From Deinococcus sp. (GTDB lineage Bacteria; Deinococcota; Deinococci; Deinococcales; Deinococcaceae): a stretch of 64,000 bases of DNA. Location: the NCBI GenBank assembly GCA_965261005.1, contig OZ253375.1, forward strand, positions 1,920,001 to 1,984,000, in the 5' to 3' direction. A program made the position numbers and the translations under genes. Shown one piece after another: positions 28,830-40,883 of this stretch. Numbering within the stretch: the first letter of the stretch is position 1; each line of letters opens with the position of its first letter. The notes beneath the pieces were generated by a model. It was not told the origin of the DNA and ran no database searches. It worked only from the letters and a program-made list of their open reading frames with translations.

Positions 28830-30013
28830 TGGCCGTCAAGACGCCCGCCCGCCCGGCGACCTCGCGGAACAGCTCGACGGCGGCGCTGGTCCTGCGCCGC
28901 TTTCTGCGGCACCGGCTGGCGGCGGCGGGCCTCATCACGCTGCTCCTGCTGGTGCTGCTGTCCGTCTTCGCGCCGCTGATCGCCCCCTACGCCCCGGCGC
29001 GCATCGACGCCGGCAACGTGTACGCCGCGCCCAGCGCGCGGCACCTGATGGGCACCGACGCCTTGGGGCGCGACATCTTCAGCCGCCTTTTGTACGCCGG
29101 TCGGGTCAGTTTGACGGTCGGCCTGACGGTGGCCCTGCTGTCCGCCCTGATCGGCGCCGGGCTGGGCCTGATCGCCGGCTTTTACAGCGGCCGGCCGCTG
29201 CTGCTGGCGGTGGGGCCGGGTTCGCCCCGGTGGGCGGCGGCGCGCCAAGCGGAGGGGCGCGGCTTTTGGGTCAAAAACGTGCTGCGCTGGCTGTTCTGGG
29301 GGGCGGCGGCGCTGTTCGCGCTGCGCGTCGGCGCCCAATTCGCCGCCAGCGTGGACGGCGCTTACCAAATGCTCAGCTGGGCGCTGGGCGGCCTCGCGGC
29401 GGCGCTGATCGTATGGGGCGCCTTTTTCAGGTCCATTCGGGTGGATGTGGACTCGCTGATCTCGCGCGCCATCGACATTCTGCTGGCGATTCCCTCGCTG
29501 CCCTTTTTGCTGATTCTGGCCGGCTTGTTCGCCAACCCGGGCGTCGGCGTCGGCCCGGCGCTCGACCGGCTGCTCGGCCCGGCGCGCTCGGTGGCCGTGA
29601 TCGTCTTCGTGCTGACGCTGTTCGGCTGGCTGGCGATGGCCCGCATCGTGCGCGGAACGGTGCTGGGTTTGCGCGCGGCGGAGTTCGGCGAGGCGGCCGT
29701 CGGCCTCGGGGCCAGCGACGCCCGCGTGATGCTGCGCCACCTGCTGCCCAACGCCGTCGCGCCGATATTCGTGCAGCTGACCCTCGACCTCGGGCACGCC
29801 ATCGTGGCCGAGGCCGCGCTGAGTTTTTTGGGCCTGGGCATTCAGGAACCGACGCCCAGCTGGGGCAACATGCTCACGGGCGCCCAGGAAGCCATCTTTC
29901 AGCAGCCCACCGCCGTGTTCTGGCCGGGCCTGTTTATCCTGCTGACCACCTTGTCGGTCAACTACCTGGGGGACGGCCTGCGCGACGCCATTGACCCGCG
30001 CAGCCGGCTGTAA
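28829..30013 (+). CDS. Peptide ABC transporter permease (OppC/DppC-like) with extra TM insertion
   Basis: [52 protein letters not shown]. Confidence 0.9.
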   Translation: MAVKTPARPATSRNSSTAALVLRRFLRHRLAAAGLITLLLLVLLSVFAPLIAPYAPARIDAGNVYAAPSARHLMGTDALGRDIFSRLLYAGRVSLTVGLTVALLSALIGAGLGLIAGFYSGRPLLLAVGPGSPRWAAARQAEGRGFWVKNVLRWLFWGAAALFALRVGAQFAASVDGAYQMLSWALGGLAAALIVWGAFFRSIRVDVDSLISRAIDILLAIPSLPFLLILAGLFANPGVGVGPALDRLLGPARSVAVIVFVLTLFGWLAMARIVRGTVLGLRAAEFGEAAVGLGASDARVMLRHLLPNAVAPIFVQLTLDLGHAIVAEAALSFLGLGIQEPTPSWGNMLTGAQEAIFQQPTAVFWPGLFILLTTLSVNYLGDGLRDAIDPRSRL

Positions 30014-30084
30014 CGGAGAGTCAAGCCAGCGTCGCGCTTTGGGCCAGCGCACGGACGCCTGCCCGTCTTCGCTATCCTGAACCC

Positions 30085-30854
30085 GTGTACGCGCCGCCGC
30101 CCGGCTTTTTGCGCCTGCGCCTCGCGGCGCAGTGGGACGGCCGGGACTTCGTGGGCTGGCAAAGTCAGGCGCGCGGGCGCAGCGTGCAGGACACCCTCCA
30201 CGGGGCGCTGCTGGAATTTATGGAGGCCGCCCGCCCGGTGGCGGCGGGGCGCACCGACGCGGGGGTGCACGCGCTGCGAATGCCGCTGCATGTGGACGTG
30301 AAAGAGGGCAGCTTGAAGCCGCCGCTGGGCCGGCTGAACCGCGCCCTGAACGGCGTTCTGTCGCCCGACCTGGCGATTCTGAGCGCCGAAGCGGCCCCGC
30401 CCGGCTTTCACGCCCGCTTCTCGTGTTCCTCGCGCTCCTATCTGTACCGGATTCTGCGCAGCGAGGTCCGCTTTCCTTTAGAAGAGAACCGGGCGCTGCG
30501 CGTCGCCGGGCCGCTAGACGTGGGGGCCATGCGGAAGGCCGCCGCAGGATTGATCGGCCGCCACGACTTCGCCGCCTTCGCCACCCGTGAGGAGCGCCAA
30601 ACCGTGCGCGAGCTGTTCTGGCTGGAATTGCGCGAGGTTGGCCCCATTCTGGAGCTTCACCTGAGCGGCGAGAGCTTTCTGCGCCACATGGTCCGCGCCG
30701 TCGTCGGCACGCTGCTACTGGTGGGCGCGGGCAAGCTGGGGCCGGAAGAGGTGGCGGTCATTCTGGCGGCCGGGCAGCGTGAACGGGCCGGGGCCAACGT
30801 CCCCGCGCACGGGCTGTACTTCGCGGGGGCGGGCTACGGCGATACACTGCCCCG

Positions 30855-30858
<4 letters not shown>
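30085..30858 (+). CDS. truA: tRNA pseudouridine(38-40) synthase
   Basis: [22 protein letters not shown]. Confidence 0.93.
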
Positions 30859-32489
<1,631 letters not shown>

Positions 32490-32535
32490 AAAGAAGCCCA
32501 CTTCCCCTCTCACCCCCATCCGCTAGCATTCCCCC

Positions 32536-33951
32536 ATGCCGCGCCCGCCCAAGCTGCGCTACGACCGGGGCACGCTCACCTTGCCGAGCTTGCCGGAGTC
32601 GCTGGCGCCCCTGTTCGTGTGGGACGACCGGGCGCAGACCTTCCGGGCGCCCGCGTGGCGCTACCGCGAGGTGGCGGAGACGCTGCGAAGCGGCAACGTC
32701 CCCTTCGAGGACGCGGCGCGCGGCTTTTCGCCCCTGGGGCTCAGCTTTGCGCGAGAGATCGAACCGTACCTGCACCAGCGCGAAGCTTTAACAGAATGGA
32801 AGCGCGCTGGGCGGCGCGGCGTGGTGGTGCTGCCGACGGGGGCGGGCAAGACGCTGGTGGCGCAGCTCGCCATGCGTGACACGCCGCGCAGCACCCTGAT
32901 CTGCGTGCCGACGCTCGACTTGATGCACCAATGGTACGCGGGCCTCCTCGCCGCCTTTCCCGACGCCAGCGTGGGCCTCCTCGGCGGCGGCTCCAAGGAC
33001 GAGACGCCCATCCTGATCTCCACCTACGACAGCGCGGCCATTCACGCCGAGCGGCTGGGCGACCAGTTCGCGCTGATCGTCTTCGACGAGTGCCACCACC
33101 TGCCCAGCGACTTCAACCGCGTGATTGCCGAGTACGCCGTGGCCCCTTACCGCCTCGGCCTGAGCGCCACCCCCCGGCGCGGCGACGGGCGCGAGCGCGA
33201 TTTGCTGGAGCTGATCGGCCCGACCGTCTATGAAAAGCGGCCCGAGGATTTGCGCGGCCACACCCTGGCCCCCTACCGCGAGGTGCGGGTGATGGTGCGC
33301 CTCAGCGAGGGGGAGCAGAAGAAGTACGCCGCCCTGATCGAGACGCGCAACCGCTTTCTGGCGAAGAGCGGCATTGACATGCGCTCGCTGGACGGTTGGA
33401 AGAAGTTCATCCTGGCCTCGGGCAGCCCCGAGGGGCGGCGGGCCATGCTGGCGCACCGCGAGGCGCGCTTACTGGCCTACGGCACCGAGGGCAAGCTGCG
33501 CGTGCTGGAGGAACTGCTAGCCCAGCACCCACAGGAGCGCACCCTGATCTTCACCGACGACAACGCGACCGTCTACCGCGTCTCGCACGAGTTCCTGATC
33601 CCGGCCATCACCCACCAAACGCCCGTCAAGGAGCGCCACGCGCTGCTGGAGGCTTTTCGGGGCGGCGAGTACCGGGTCCTCGTGACCAGCCGCGTTCTCA
33701 ACGAGGGCGTGGACGTGCCCGAGGCCAGCGTGGCGGTCGTGCTGTCAGGCACGGCGACCGAGCGCGAGCACGTGCAACGCCTGGGCCGAATCCTGCGCCG
33801 CGCCGAGGGCAAGCAGGCCGTCCTGTACGAGGTCGTGACCGAGGGCACCTCCGAGGAAGGGGTAAGCCGGCGCCGGCGCGGGGAAGTTAAGCCGGCCCAG
33901 CCCAGGGTGCCCAGCTTTGAAATCGTCGAGACGGCTTGGGAAAATCTCTAA
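32536..33951 (+). CDS. XPB/Rad25-like SF2 helicase
   Basis: LPTGAGKT, FDECHH, LSATP, QRLGRILR. Confidence 0.88.
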   Translation: MPRPPKLRYDRGTLTLPSLPESLAPLFVWDDRAQTFRAPAWRYREVAETLRSGNVPFEDAARGFSPLGLSFAREIEPYLHQREALTEWKRAGRRGVVVLPTGAGKTLVAQLAMRDTPRSTLICVPTLDLMHQWYAGLLAAFPDASVGLLGGGSKDETPILISTYDSAAIHAERLGDQFALIVFDECHHLPSDFNRVIAEYAVAPYRLGLSATPRRGDGRERDLLELIGPTVYEKRPEDLRGHTLAPYREVRVMVRLSEGEQKKYAALIETRNRFLAKSGIDMRSLDGWKKFILASGSPEGRRAMLAHREARLLAYGTEGKLRVLEELLAQHPQERTLIFTDDNATVYRVSHEFLIPAITHQTPVKERHALLEAFRGGEYRVLVTSRVLNEGVDVPEASVAVVLSGTATEREHVQRLGRILRRAEGKQAVLYEVVTEGTSEEGVSRRRRGEVKPAQPRVPSFEIVETAWENL

Positions 33952-35177
33952 TGTTGCCGACCGAACTGCTGATGTTCCGCGTCGAGGCGGGCTTGGTGAA
34001 GCCCAAGCGCCTCGCCAGGAGCGCGCGGGTGCTGAGCCTGGCGCAGAGCTTGATTGACCTGTTCACGGCCAATATTGGCGAGCGGCGGCGCACCATCGGG
34101 GAACACCTCGCCGCGCTGGAGGGGAACGAGCACAAGGTGGTGCGCGGTCTCGCCCACCTGCTGATGAACGGCCACGCCACCTTCGAGGCGCGCAGCCCGC
34201 TGGAGCCGGGGTTGCTGCGCCACAAGGTCTTCGCGCTGGCCCAGCAAGGCGTGCCCAGCCGGGGACGCCGGGCGGCCATTCTGGAGGAGGCGGCGCGCAG
34301 CCTGGGCAACATTGGGGCCGAGGACGTGCTGAGTGGCCTCTACGCCGACCTGCCCGAAAACCAGGTGCTGAGCGCCTTTGAGCCGCCCCTGCCGGAGGAC
34401 TTGATAGACCGCTACAACCTGGCGCAGGCGCAGGGGGTGCTGTACCGCGCCTTTGAGCTGGTCATCACCGCGCGCCGAAACGAGCCGGCGCGCTACAAGC
34501 AGCTTTTCTCGTACCTCAAGCTGTTCGGTTTGATGGCGACGGTGGAGGGCGACGCCGACTACGGCTTCACCCTGACCCTCGACGGCCCGACCAGCATTCT
34601 GCGGCCCTCGACGCGCTACGGCCTGGCGATGGCGAAGTTTCTCCCCGCGCTGTTGCACGTGACGCAGTGGGACCTGACCGCCACCCTGCGGCCGCGCAAG
34701 GACCTCGCCTGGGTGGACCCCGGGGAGGAGGAGTGGCGCTTTGAATTGACCAGCGAGAGCGGCTTGGTGTCACACTACGCCGTGCCCGACACCTTCGACA
34801 GCGCCCTGGAGGCCGCCTTCGCCGAGCGCTTCGAGAAGCTGCACCCCGTTTGGGCGCTGGAGCGCGAGGTGGACCTGGTGCCCGTTCCTGGGGGGGCCAT
34901 CATCCCCGACTTCCGCTTGGTCCACCCCGACGGGCGCAGCGCCCTCCTGGAGATCGTGGGCTACTGGCGCCCCGAGTACCTGAGAAAAAAGTTCGCCCTA
35001 CTCAAGCGCAGCGGGCGCAGCGACGTGATTCTGGCCGTCAGCGAGCGGCTGAACTTAGAAAAGGCGGGCGTGGACGTGGGGGAGTTTGGCGAGCGGGTGC
35101 TGTTTTTCAAGGGCGCCCTGCCGCCGAAAGAGGTGCTGTCCCTGGCCGAGCGGGTGGCGGTGCAGGCGGCGGCCTAG
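33951..35177 (+). CDS. DUF790/Bax1-family nuclease
   Basis: RYNLAQAQG.LY, LDGP.S...STRYG, FDSALE, IPDF...LEIVGYWRPEYL. Confidence 0.85.
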   Translation: MLPTELLMFRVEAGLVKPKRLARSARVLSLAQSLIDLFTANIGERRRTIGEHLAALEGNEHKVVRGLAHLLMNGHATFEARSPLEPGLLRHKVFALAQQGVPSRGRRAAILEEAARSLGNIGAEDVLSGLYADLPENQVLSAFEPPLPEDLIDRYNLAQAQGVLYRAFELVITARRNEPARYKQLFSYLKLFGLMATVEGDADYGFTLTLDGPTSILRPSTRYGLAMAKFLPALLHVTQWDLTATLRPRKDLAWVDPGEEEWRFELTSESGLVSHYAVPDTFDSALEAAFAERFEKLHPVWALEREVDLVPVPGGAIIPDFRLVHPDGRSALLEIVGYWRPEYLRKKFALLKRSGRSDVILAVSERLNLEKAGVDVGEFGERVLFFKGALPPKEVLSLAERVAVQAAA

Positions 35178-36364
35178 ATTGGCTTCTCCCGAACCCGCCA
35201 GGCCAGTCCCAGAATCACCAGGCTCGCCACACCCACCAGCGCCAGGGCGAAGCGCAAGCTGCTCAGCTGCGCCACCCCGCCGATGATGGAAGGACCGGCC
35301 AGAAAGCCGAAGTAGCCAATCGTCGTGATGGTCGCCGTGGCCGTCCCGACCGCGCGCGGCGCCGCGTCGCCCGCCAGGGAAAAGGCCGTCGGCGCGACCG
35401 CCGCCAAGCCTAGGCCCACCAGCAGCAGGCCCGCGACCGTCACGGCCACCGAGCCGCTGACCGTGGTCAGGACGGTGCCGAGGGCGCCGGTCAGGCCCGC
35501 CACCATCAGCCAGCTTCGGCGGCTGAATACCCGAAGGGCGCGCCCCGCCGCTAAGCGCCCGAGCAGCATGGCGGCGTGAAACACCGCGACGCCCAGCGCC
35601 CCCACGCCGGCGGCGACGCCAAAGGACCCGCGCAGGTACAGCGCCGACCAGTTCTCCATCGCCCCCTCGCCGAAAAAGGCCATCAGCGTGATGACCGCCA
35701 GCAGCAGCACCGCCCCGTTGCGAAAGGGGGAGCGGGACACGGCGCGGCCGGGTTCGGCGTTGACAGAATCCGCCGGAACAGTGCCCGCCGGAACGTCGCC
35801 GCGCCACACGAGCGCCGCCAGCAGCATCGCGGCCGCCGCCAACCAGTAGAGGCTGCGAAAGGGCACGTCCAGCGCCAGCAGCCCGCCGCTCAGCAGCGCC
35901 CCCAGGGCCGCGAAGCCGCTGAAGCCGGCGTGGAAGTAGGGCAGCACCTTGTAGGACAGCACCTGGTCGCGCCGCCCCTGCTCGTGCCGCACGGCCACGG
36001 CGTTGATGCCCACGTCATACAGCCCCGAGCCGCCGGTGAACAGCAGCAAGAGGGCGACCAGGGTCGCGTAAGCGTGGGTCAGCGACACGCCGATCAGGCC
36101 GAGCGCCAGCGCCAGCGCCGAGGCGATGATCACCGGGCGGGCGCCCAGGCGGTCGGCCAGCCGCCCGCCCAGCAGCATCACCGGAATGGACGCCAGCGCC
36201 CCGCCAGACAGCGCCAAGCCCAGCGCGCCGGACGACAGCTGCAAATCGAGGGCCAAATTGGCGAGCAGCACCTGCCACACGCCGTACATCAAACCAAACG
36301 CCGCGAAGGCTGACAGGATCAGGAAGAACGGGCCACGCGGCGCGGACTCGGTTGAACTCGACAT
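35174..36364 (-). CDS. MFS transporter
   Basis: About 12 hydrophobic segments; GRLADRLGAR motif A. Confidence 0.88.
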   Translation of the reverse strand: MSSSTESAPRGPFFLILSAFAAFGLMYGVWQVLLANLALDLQLSSGALGLALSGGALASIPVMLLGGRLADRLGARPVIIASALALALGLIGVSLTHAYATLVALLLLFTGGSGLYDVGINAVAVRHEQGRRDQVLSYKVLPYFHAGFSGFAALGALLSGGLLALDVPFRSLYWLAAAAMLLAALVWRGDVPAGTVPADSVNAEPGRAVSRSPFRNGAVLLLAVITLMAFFGEGAMENWSALYLRGSFGVAAGVGALGVAVFHAAMLLGRLAAGRALRVFSRRSWLMVAGLTGALGTVLTTVSGSVAVTVAGLLLVGLGLAAVAPTAFSLAGDAAPRAVGTATATITTIGYFGFLAGPSIIGGVAQLSSLRFALALVGVASLVILGLAWRVREKPI

Positions 36365-36401
36365 ACAGCCTCCATCAGCTTGATCCATCAGATTGATCTT
36401 G

Positions 36402-36417
36402 TGTAAATCGATTTACA
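36402..36417. promoter_or_regulatory. LacI-family operator
   Basis: Perfect palindrome TGTAAATCGATTTACA with central CG, between the divergent MFS and LacI genes. Confidence 0.8.
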
Positions 36418-36445
36418 TCCTACCAGACCCGTATGATTCGGAAAC

Positions 36446-37534
36446 GTGAGCGATCCCGATAAGCCCAAGCGCCGCGCCCTGCTGCGGGACGTGGCGGGCG
36501 CGCTGGGTGTGTCGCCGGCGACCGTCTCGAACGCCTACAACCGGCCCAAGCACGTGTCGCCGGAACTGCGTGAGCGCGTCTTTGAGACCGCGCGGCGGCT
36601 CGGCTACGCCGGACCCAATCCGCTGGCGCGCTCGCTGCGGCGCGGCGAGACGGGGACGCTGGGCCTAGTGTTCGCCGAGCGCCTCTCCTACGCCTTTGAC
36701 GATCCCGCCGCCACCCTGCTGGTGCGCGGCGTGGCGGGCGCCGCCGAGGAGGCCGGGCTGGGGCTGTTGCTGGTGCCCGGCCGGCCTGGTCACGCGCCGG
36801 CTTTATCCGCTGTCCAAAGCGCCGCCGTGGACGGGCTGCTGCTGTATTCCATTGCCGGAGACGACCCGCGCGTGGGGACCGCCTTGGCGCGCGGCTTGCC
36901 CCTGGTGACGGTGGACCAGCCGCGCTTGCCGGACGTTCCCTTGGTGGGCCTCGACGACATGGGGGCGGCCAGAAGCGCGGCCGAACACCTGCTCGCGCTG
37001 GGCCACCGGACCTTCGGGATCGTCTCGTTCCCGCGCTCGCCCGGCGCCCGCGGCGGCTTGATCGGGCCGCGCGCCGCGCTGCGGGGCAGCTTTTCCCTGA
37101 CCCTGGCCCGTTTGCGCGGCTACAGCGAGGCCATCGCGGGCGCCGGGCTGAACCTCACGGGGAGCGCCGTAATGTATGAGTGCCCGGTCAACACGCGCGA
37201 ACACGGCCGCTTGGCTGCCCACGCCATTCTGACGGCCCGGCCGGAGGTCACGGCCATGCTTGCCATGAGCGATCAACTGGCCCTCGGCGCGTGGGAGGCG
37301 GCCCAGCTGCTGGGACGCGGCGTGCCCCACACTCTTTCCATTGTCGGCTTCGACGATTCCCCGATGGCTGCCGCGCGCGACCTCTCCAGCGTGCGTCAGC
37401 CGCTGACTGACAAGGGCGTGGTGGCCGGCCGGCTGCTGCTGGCGCACGTCAGGGGCGAGGCCGTGCCGGGGGTAACCCTGCTCCCGACCGAGGTTGTCGC
37501 CCGCAGTTCTTCGGCTCCCCCGTCAAGGCCATAA
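36446..37534 (+). CDS. LacI-family transcriptional regulator
   Basis: LRDVA..LGVSPATVSNA HTH; SIVGFDD. Confidence 0.93.
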   Translation: MSDPDKPKRRALLRDVAGALGVSPATVSNAYNRPKHVSPELRERVFETARRLGYAGPNPLARSLRRGETGTLGLVFAERLSYAFDDPAATLLVRGVAGAAEEAGLGLLLVPGRPGHAPALSAVQSAAVDGLLLYSIAGDDPRVGTALARGLPLVTVDQPRLPDVPLVGLDDMGAARSAAEHLLALGHRTFGIVSFPRSPGARGGLIGPRAALRGSFSLTLARLRGYSEAIAGAGLNLTGSAVMYECPVNTREHGRLAAHAILTARPEVTAMLAMSDQLALGAWEAAQLLGRGVPHTLSIVGFDDSPMAAARDLSSVRQPLTDKGVVAGRLLLAHVRGEAVPGVTLLPTEVVARSSSAPPSRP

Positions 37535-37587
37535 GGCGGCACATCCCATCAAGCAGATTTTTTGCCGGCCGGCTACCCTTGAGGGGC

Positions 37588-37860
37588 ATGAAACCGAACG
37601 CGCCAAGCTACGGCAAGCGGGTGGACGCCCTGCTGGCGGCGCTGCTGGGCGATCTGGACGCCGATCTGAACGGCCACGCGCTGGCGGGACGCGCCCACCT
37701 CAGCCGTTCGCACACGGCGCGGTTGTTCGCGGCCAAGCTGGGCGAGGCGCCGGGGGCGTTGCGGCGGCGCCTCAAGTTGGAGCGGGCGGCGCACGCCCTG
37801 ACCCGCTCGGCGCTGAGCGTCACGGACATCGCCTTCGACGCCGGCTACGACAGCTTGTCC
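37588..37860 (+). pseudogene. Truncated AraC-family regulator
   Basis: LAGRAHLSRSH..RLF...LERAAHAL...SVTDIAFDAGYDS, then runs into the antisense of marR. Confidence 0.75.
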
Positions 37861-38324
37861 AGCAGCGCGCGCAGCGTCACGCGCTCTCCTGGCGTCAGGG
37901 CCGACAGCAGGCGGGCCTCGTTGGCGATATGCGGGGCGAGCACCCGGTCCACCAGTTCGCGGCCGGGCGACGTGAGCCTGAGCAGCACGGCGCGGCGGTC
38001 GGCGGCGTGTGGCGTGCGCTCGACTAAGCCGCGCGCCTCCAAAGCGTCCACGCGTTTGGTGACAGCAGGCGGGGTGCAGGCCATCCACTCGCCCAGGCGG
38101 GCGAGGGTCAGCCCCTCCGGCGGGGCCGAGCGGCGCAGCGTTGCCAGTACGTCAAAGGCTGGGGGCGTGAGATCGTATTCGGCGAAAAACAGCTCCAGCG
38201 CCCGCCCAAGCTTCGCGCTGGCCCGCTGCACGGCGATCACGGTCAGCATCGGCTCGGGGTCGAGGTCGGGCCGGGCCGCTCCCCAATCGCGCTCAATTTT
38301 TTCCAACAGCGCCCGCGCGTTCAT
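37845..38324 (-). CDS. MarR-family regulator
   Basis: FDVLATLRR, VTKRVDALEARGLVER....DRR. Confidence 0.9.
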   Translation of the reverse strand: MNARALLEKIERDWGAARPDLDPEPMLTVIAVQRASAKLGRALELFFAEYDLTPPAFDVLATLRRSAPPEGLTLARLGEWMACTPPAVTKRVDALEARGLVERTPHAADRRAVLLRLTSPGRELVDRVLAPHIANEARLLSALTPGERVTLRALLDKLS

Positions 38325-38782
38325 TCTCGCGCCCGCTCATGGGCCAGCAGCACAACGGCGCCGAGCAGCAATAGGGCGCCCAGAAGTCCGGTCCAGCGCA
38401 GGTCCCGCTGGGTCTGACCCAACCAGCCGAACGTGTCAATCAAGCGGGCGGCAGCAATCTGACCGAACGTGACCGCCGCCGTGCTGGCCGCTACGCCCAG
38501 CTGACGCGCCGTCAGCAACGTGAAGCTGACAAAGGCGGCGCCGACCGCCCCGCCCAGATAAGCCCACGAAGGCGCGCCGTCCGCAAAGCCGCCGGAGCCG
38601 AACAGCGTGATGCCTAGAAATAAAATGCCCGTGACCAAGGCGCCCACGACGAAGTTGACCAAGCTGGCCACCTGCGCCCCGCCGACGTGCCGCGCGAGTC
38701 GCACGTTCAGGGCAAGCCCCACGGACAACCCCAGGCCCGCCCCCACGCTGCCGAGCAGGGCGACCAGCAGCGTAGCCGTCAT
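38321..38782 (-). CDS. DMT/YdcZ (DUF606) membrane protein
   Basis: WAYLGGAVG, GQI....IDTFGWLG. Confidence 0.82.
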   Translation of the reverse strand: MTATLLVALLGSVGAGLGLSVGLALNVRLARHVGGAQVASLVNFVVGALVTGILFLGITLFGSGGFADGAPSWAYLGGAVGAAFVSFTLLTARQLGVAASTAAVTFGQIAAARLIDTFGWLGQTQRDLRWTGLLGALLLLGAVVLLAHERARE

Positions 38783-39243
38783 GGCAACACCTGTAAGGCC
38801 AGTGCCGTGACCACCAGCGCGGCGACGGCGAGGCGAACGCGGCCAAAGCGGCGGCGCGGCAGGCCCAGCCAGCCGAAGTGGTCGAGTGCCAAGCTGAACA
38901 GCACCTGGGCGGCGATCACCAGCGCCACGGCCAGCCCCGTGCCGAGGGCGCGCGTCAGGACCACACTGCCCAATACGTAGGCGCTGCCCACCGCGCCGCC
39001 CAGTAAGCTCCAAGTGGGGGCGCCCCTCAGCGCGCGCAAACGTGCCACGGCCCGGCCGGAAAGCAGCAGGCCCAAACCCAGCGTGAGCGCCCCAACCGTG
39101 TAGGACACAGTCGCCGTGCCCGCGAGCGAGCCGCTGAAGCGGGCCAGTGCGCCGTTGACAGCGAACTGCACCGGCAACAGTGCGCCAGCCAACGCGGCGA
39201 GCGACAACAGCAGCGGTTTGATACTACGTGTAGGAACGGTCAC
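38779..39243 (-). CDS. DMT/YdcZ (DUF606) membrane protein
   Basis: LPVQFAVNG.L, WSLLGGAVG, LDHFGWLG. Confidence 0.85.
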   Translation of the reverse strand: MTVPTRSIKPLLLSLAALAGALLPVQFAVNGALARFSGSLAGTATVSYTVGALTLGLGLLLSGRAVARLRALRGAPTWSLLGGAVGSAYVLGSVVLTRALGTGLAVALVIAAQVLFSLALDHFGWLGLPRRRFGRVRLAVAALVVTALALQVLP

Positions 39244-39339
39244 GCCGTCTCCTTCTCTGGTTAAATATTAATCAGTGAACTAAACTTGTCAACCTCGGCC
39301 CTGAATTGATCGCGCCTACCCAGTCAGGCAGACGCCGCG

Positions 39340-39618
39340 CCGCCCGGCTACCTACGCAGCGAGGAGATGCTGGCCCACAAGGGCCTGACCGAGGCCAACT
39401 GGCGCGAGGACAGCGACCCCAACTTTCAGGAATCGGAAACGCCGCACTTGGTCGGCCGCGCCGTAGCGCAGCTGGCCGCCGACCCGGGGAGACACCGCTG
39501 GAACGGGCGGGCGCTGGCGTCCTGGACGCTGATGGACGCCTACGGCTTCGCGGACGTGGACGGGCGGCGGCCTCACTGGGGCAGTTGGTTCGAGCGTCTT
39601 GAAGCCGAGCAAAGTTGA
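39340..39618 (+). pseudogene. C-terminal remnant of an SDR oxidoreductase
   Basis: PGYLRSEEML...SETPHLVGRAVAQLAADP...YGFADVDGRRP; N-terminal Rossmann part absent. Confidence 0.65.
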
Positions 39619-39660
39619 CGAGGGCGCCGAGCAAACTCTGTGCGCCCAGATCGAGCTGTT

Positions 39661-39700
39661 CACCCCTCCTTCCTTGAGGGGGAGGGGCCGGGGGTGGGGG
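39661..39700 (-). repeat. REP-like CCCTC...GAGGG hairpin repeat
   Basis: Related to 40813-40852 and 48346-48450. Confidence 0.6.
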
Positions 39701-39818
39701 GTCCCACCGCCAAACCAACGCGCCTCATTCCCACCCAACATCCGGCCCGAATTCTCCAATAGCGTGGGGGACAGCCAGGCGAAGACATGGGCGGGTGGTG
39801 ATAGGCGCTCATCCCCGC

Positions 39819-39850
39819 CTTGACATTTTCTTGACACGGCCGGGTAGACT
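39819..39850 (+). promoter_or_regulatory. Pho-box-like direct repeats and -10 element upstream of phnD
   Basis: CTTGACA twice with an 11-bp period; TAGACT 8 bp before the ATG. Confidence 0.55.
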
Positions 39851-39858
39851 GGCGCGGT

Positions 39859-40737
39859 ATGAAAAAGCACTCTCTCGTGGCCCTCGCCCTGCTGGCGGGC
39901 CTGTCCACCGCCGCCGCCGCGCCCATCAAGGTGCGCATCGGCTACAACCCCACCCAGAATTCCGACCAATTGAACGCCGCCGCCAAGGCTATCGCCAACT
40001 ACATCGAGGACAAGTTCCAGGGCACGGTGGCGGTGGAGACCTTTATTCCCACCGACTACCGCGGCCTGATCGAGGCGATGCGCGCCGGCAAGCTCGACTT
40101 CGCCTTTTTCCCGCCCGACGGCTACGTGCTGGCCCACCAAGACGCGGGCGCCGACGTGCTCCTGAAGAGCGTCCGCAACGGCGGCCCGTACTACTGGTCG
40201 GCCATCGTGGTCCGCAAGGACAGCGGCATCAACAGCCTGTCTGACCTTGAGGGCAAGAGCATGGCCTGGATTGACCCCAACAGCGCCTCGGGCTACACCT
40301 TTCCGCGCGCCGCCATCGTGGGAAAGGGCATCAACCCCGACAAGTTCTTCAGCAAGCAGGTCTACGCCGGCAAGCACGACGCGGCCGTCTTGTCGGTCTT
40401 CAACAAGTCGGTGGACGCCACCGCGACCTTTGCCAACGACGACCAAAACAAGTCCGGCTCTTGGACGCAGTTCCTCAAGCCCGACCAGGCCGCCCAACTC
40501 AAGGCGATCTTTTACACCAAGCCGATTCCCGGCGACACCTTCGCCGTCGCGCCGCAGTTCGAGAAGAAGTACCCGGCCCTGACCAAGGGCATCACCGCCG
40601 CCATGAAGAGCATCAAGGCGCCGCAAAGCGACCTCCTCAAGAACCTCTACACCATCGACTCCATGGTGTCCGCCAAGGACGCCGATTACAACGTGGTGCG
40701 CGACACCCGCAAGGTGCTGGGGCTGGACAACAAGTAG
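39859..40737 (+). CDS. phnD: Phosphonate/phosphite ABC substrate-binding protein
   Basis: DYRGLIEAMRAGKLD, DPNSASGY.FP, GKHDA. Confidence 0.88.
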   Translation: MKKHSLVALALLAGLSTAAAAPIKVRIGYNPTQNSDQLNAAAKAIANYIEDKFQGTVAVETFIPTDYRGLIEAMRAGKLDFAFFPPDGYVLAHQDAGADVLLKSVRNGGPYYWSAIVVRKDSGINSLSDLEGKSMAWIDPNSASGYTFPRAAIVGKGINPDKFFSKQVYAGKHDAAVLSVFNKSVDATATFANDDQNKSGSWTQFLKPDQAAQLKAIFYTKPIPGDTFAVAPQFEKKYPALTKGITAAMKSIKAPQSDLLKNLYTIDSMVSAKDADYNVVRDTRKVLGLDNK

Positions 40738-40812
40738 ATTTCGTACTCGCTCTGCCCCCGGTTCGTCCGGGGGCTTTATCGTGGGGAATGTTGGTCAAGG
40801 TCGCTGGCGGGA

Positions 40813-40852
40813 CCCCTCACCCCCAACCCCTCTCCCGCAGGGGGAGAGGGGA
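40813..40852 (+). repeat. REP-like CCCTCACCCCCAACCCCTCTCCC...GGGAGAGGGG repeat
   Basis: Intergenic palindrome. Confidence 0.65.
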
Positions 40853-40883
40853 GCAAAACAAGAATCTTTCGCCGTGAGGACGC

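Noticed and set aside
37861..38472. Full-length 297-aa AraC protein
   Set aside because: Beyond ~37860 the frame is antisense marR/DMT sequence with no AraC features.
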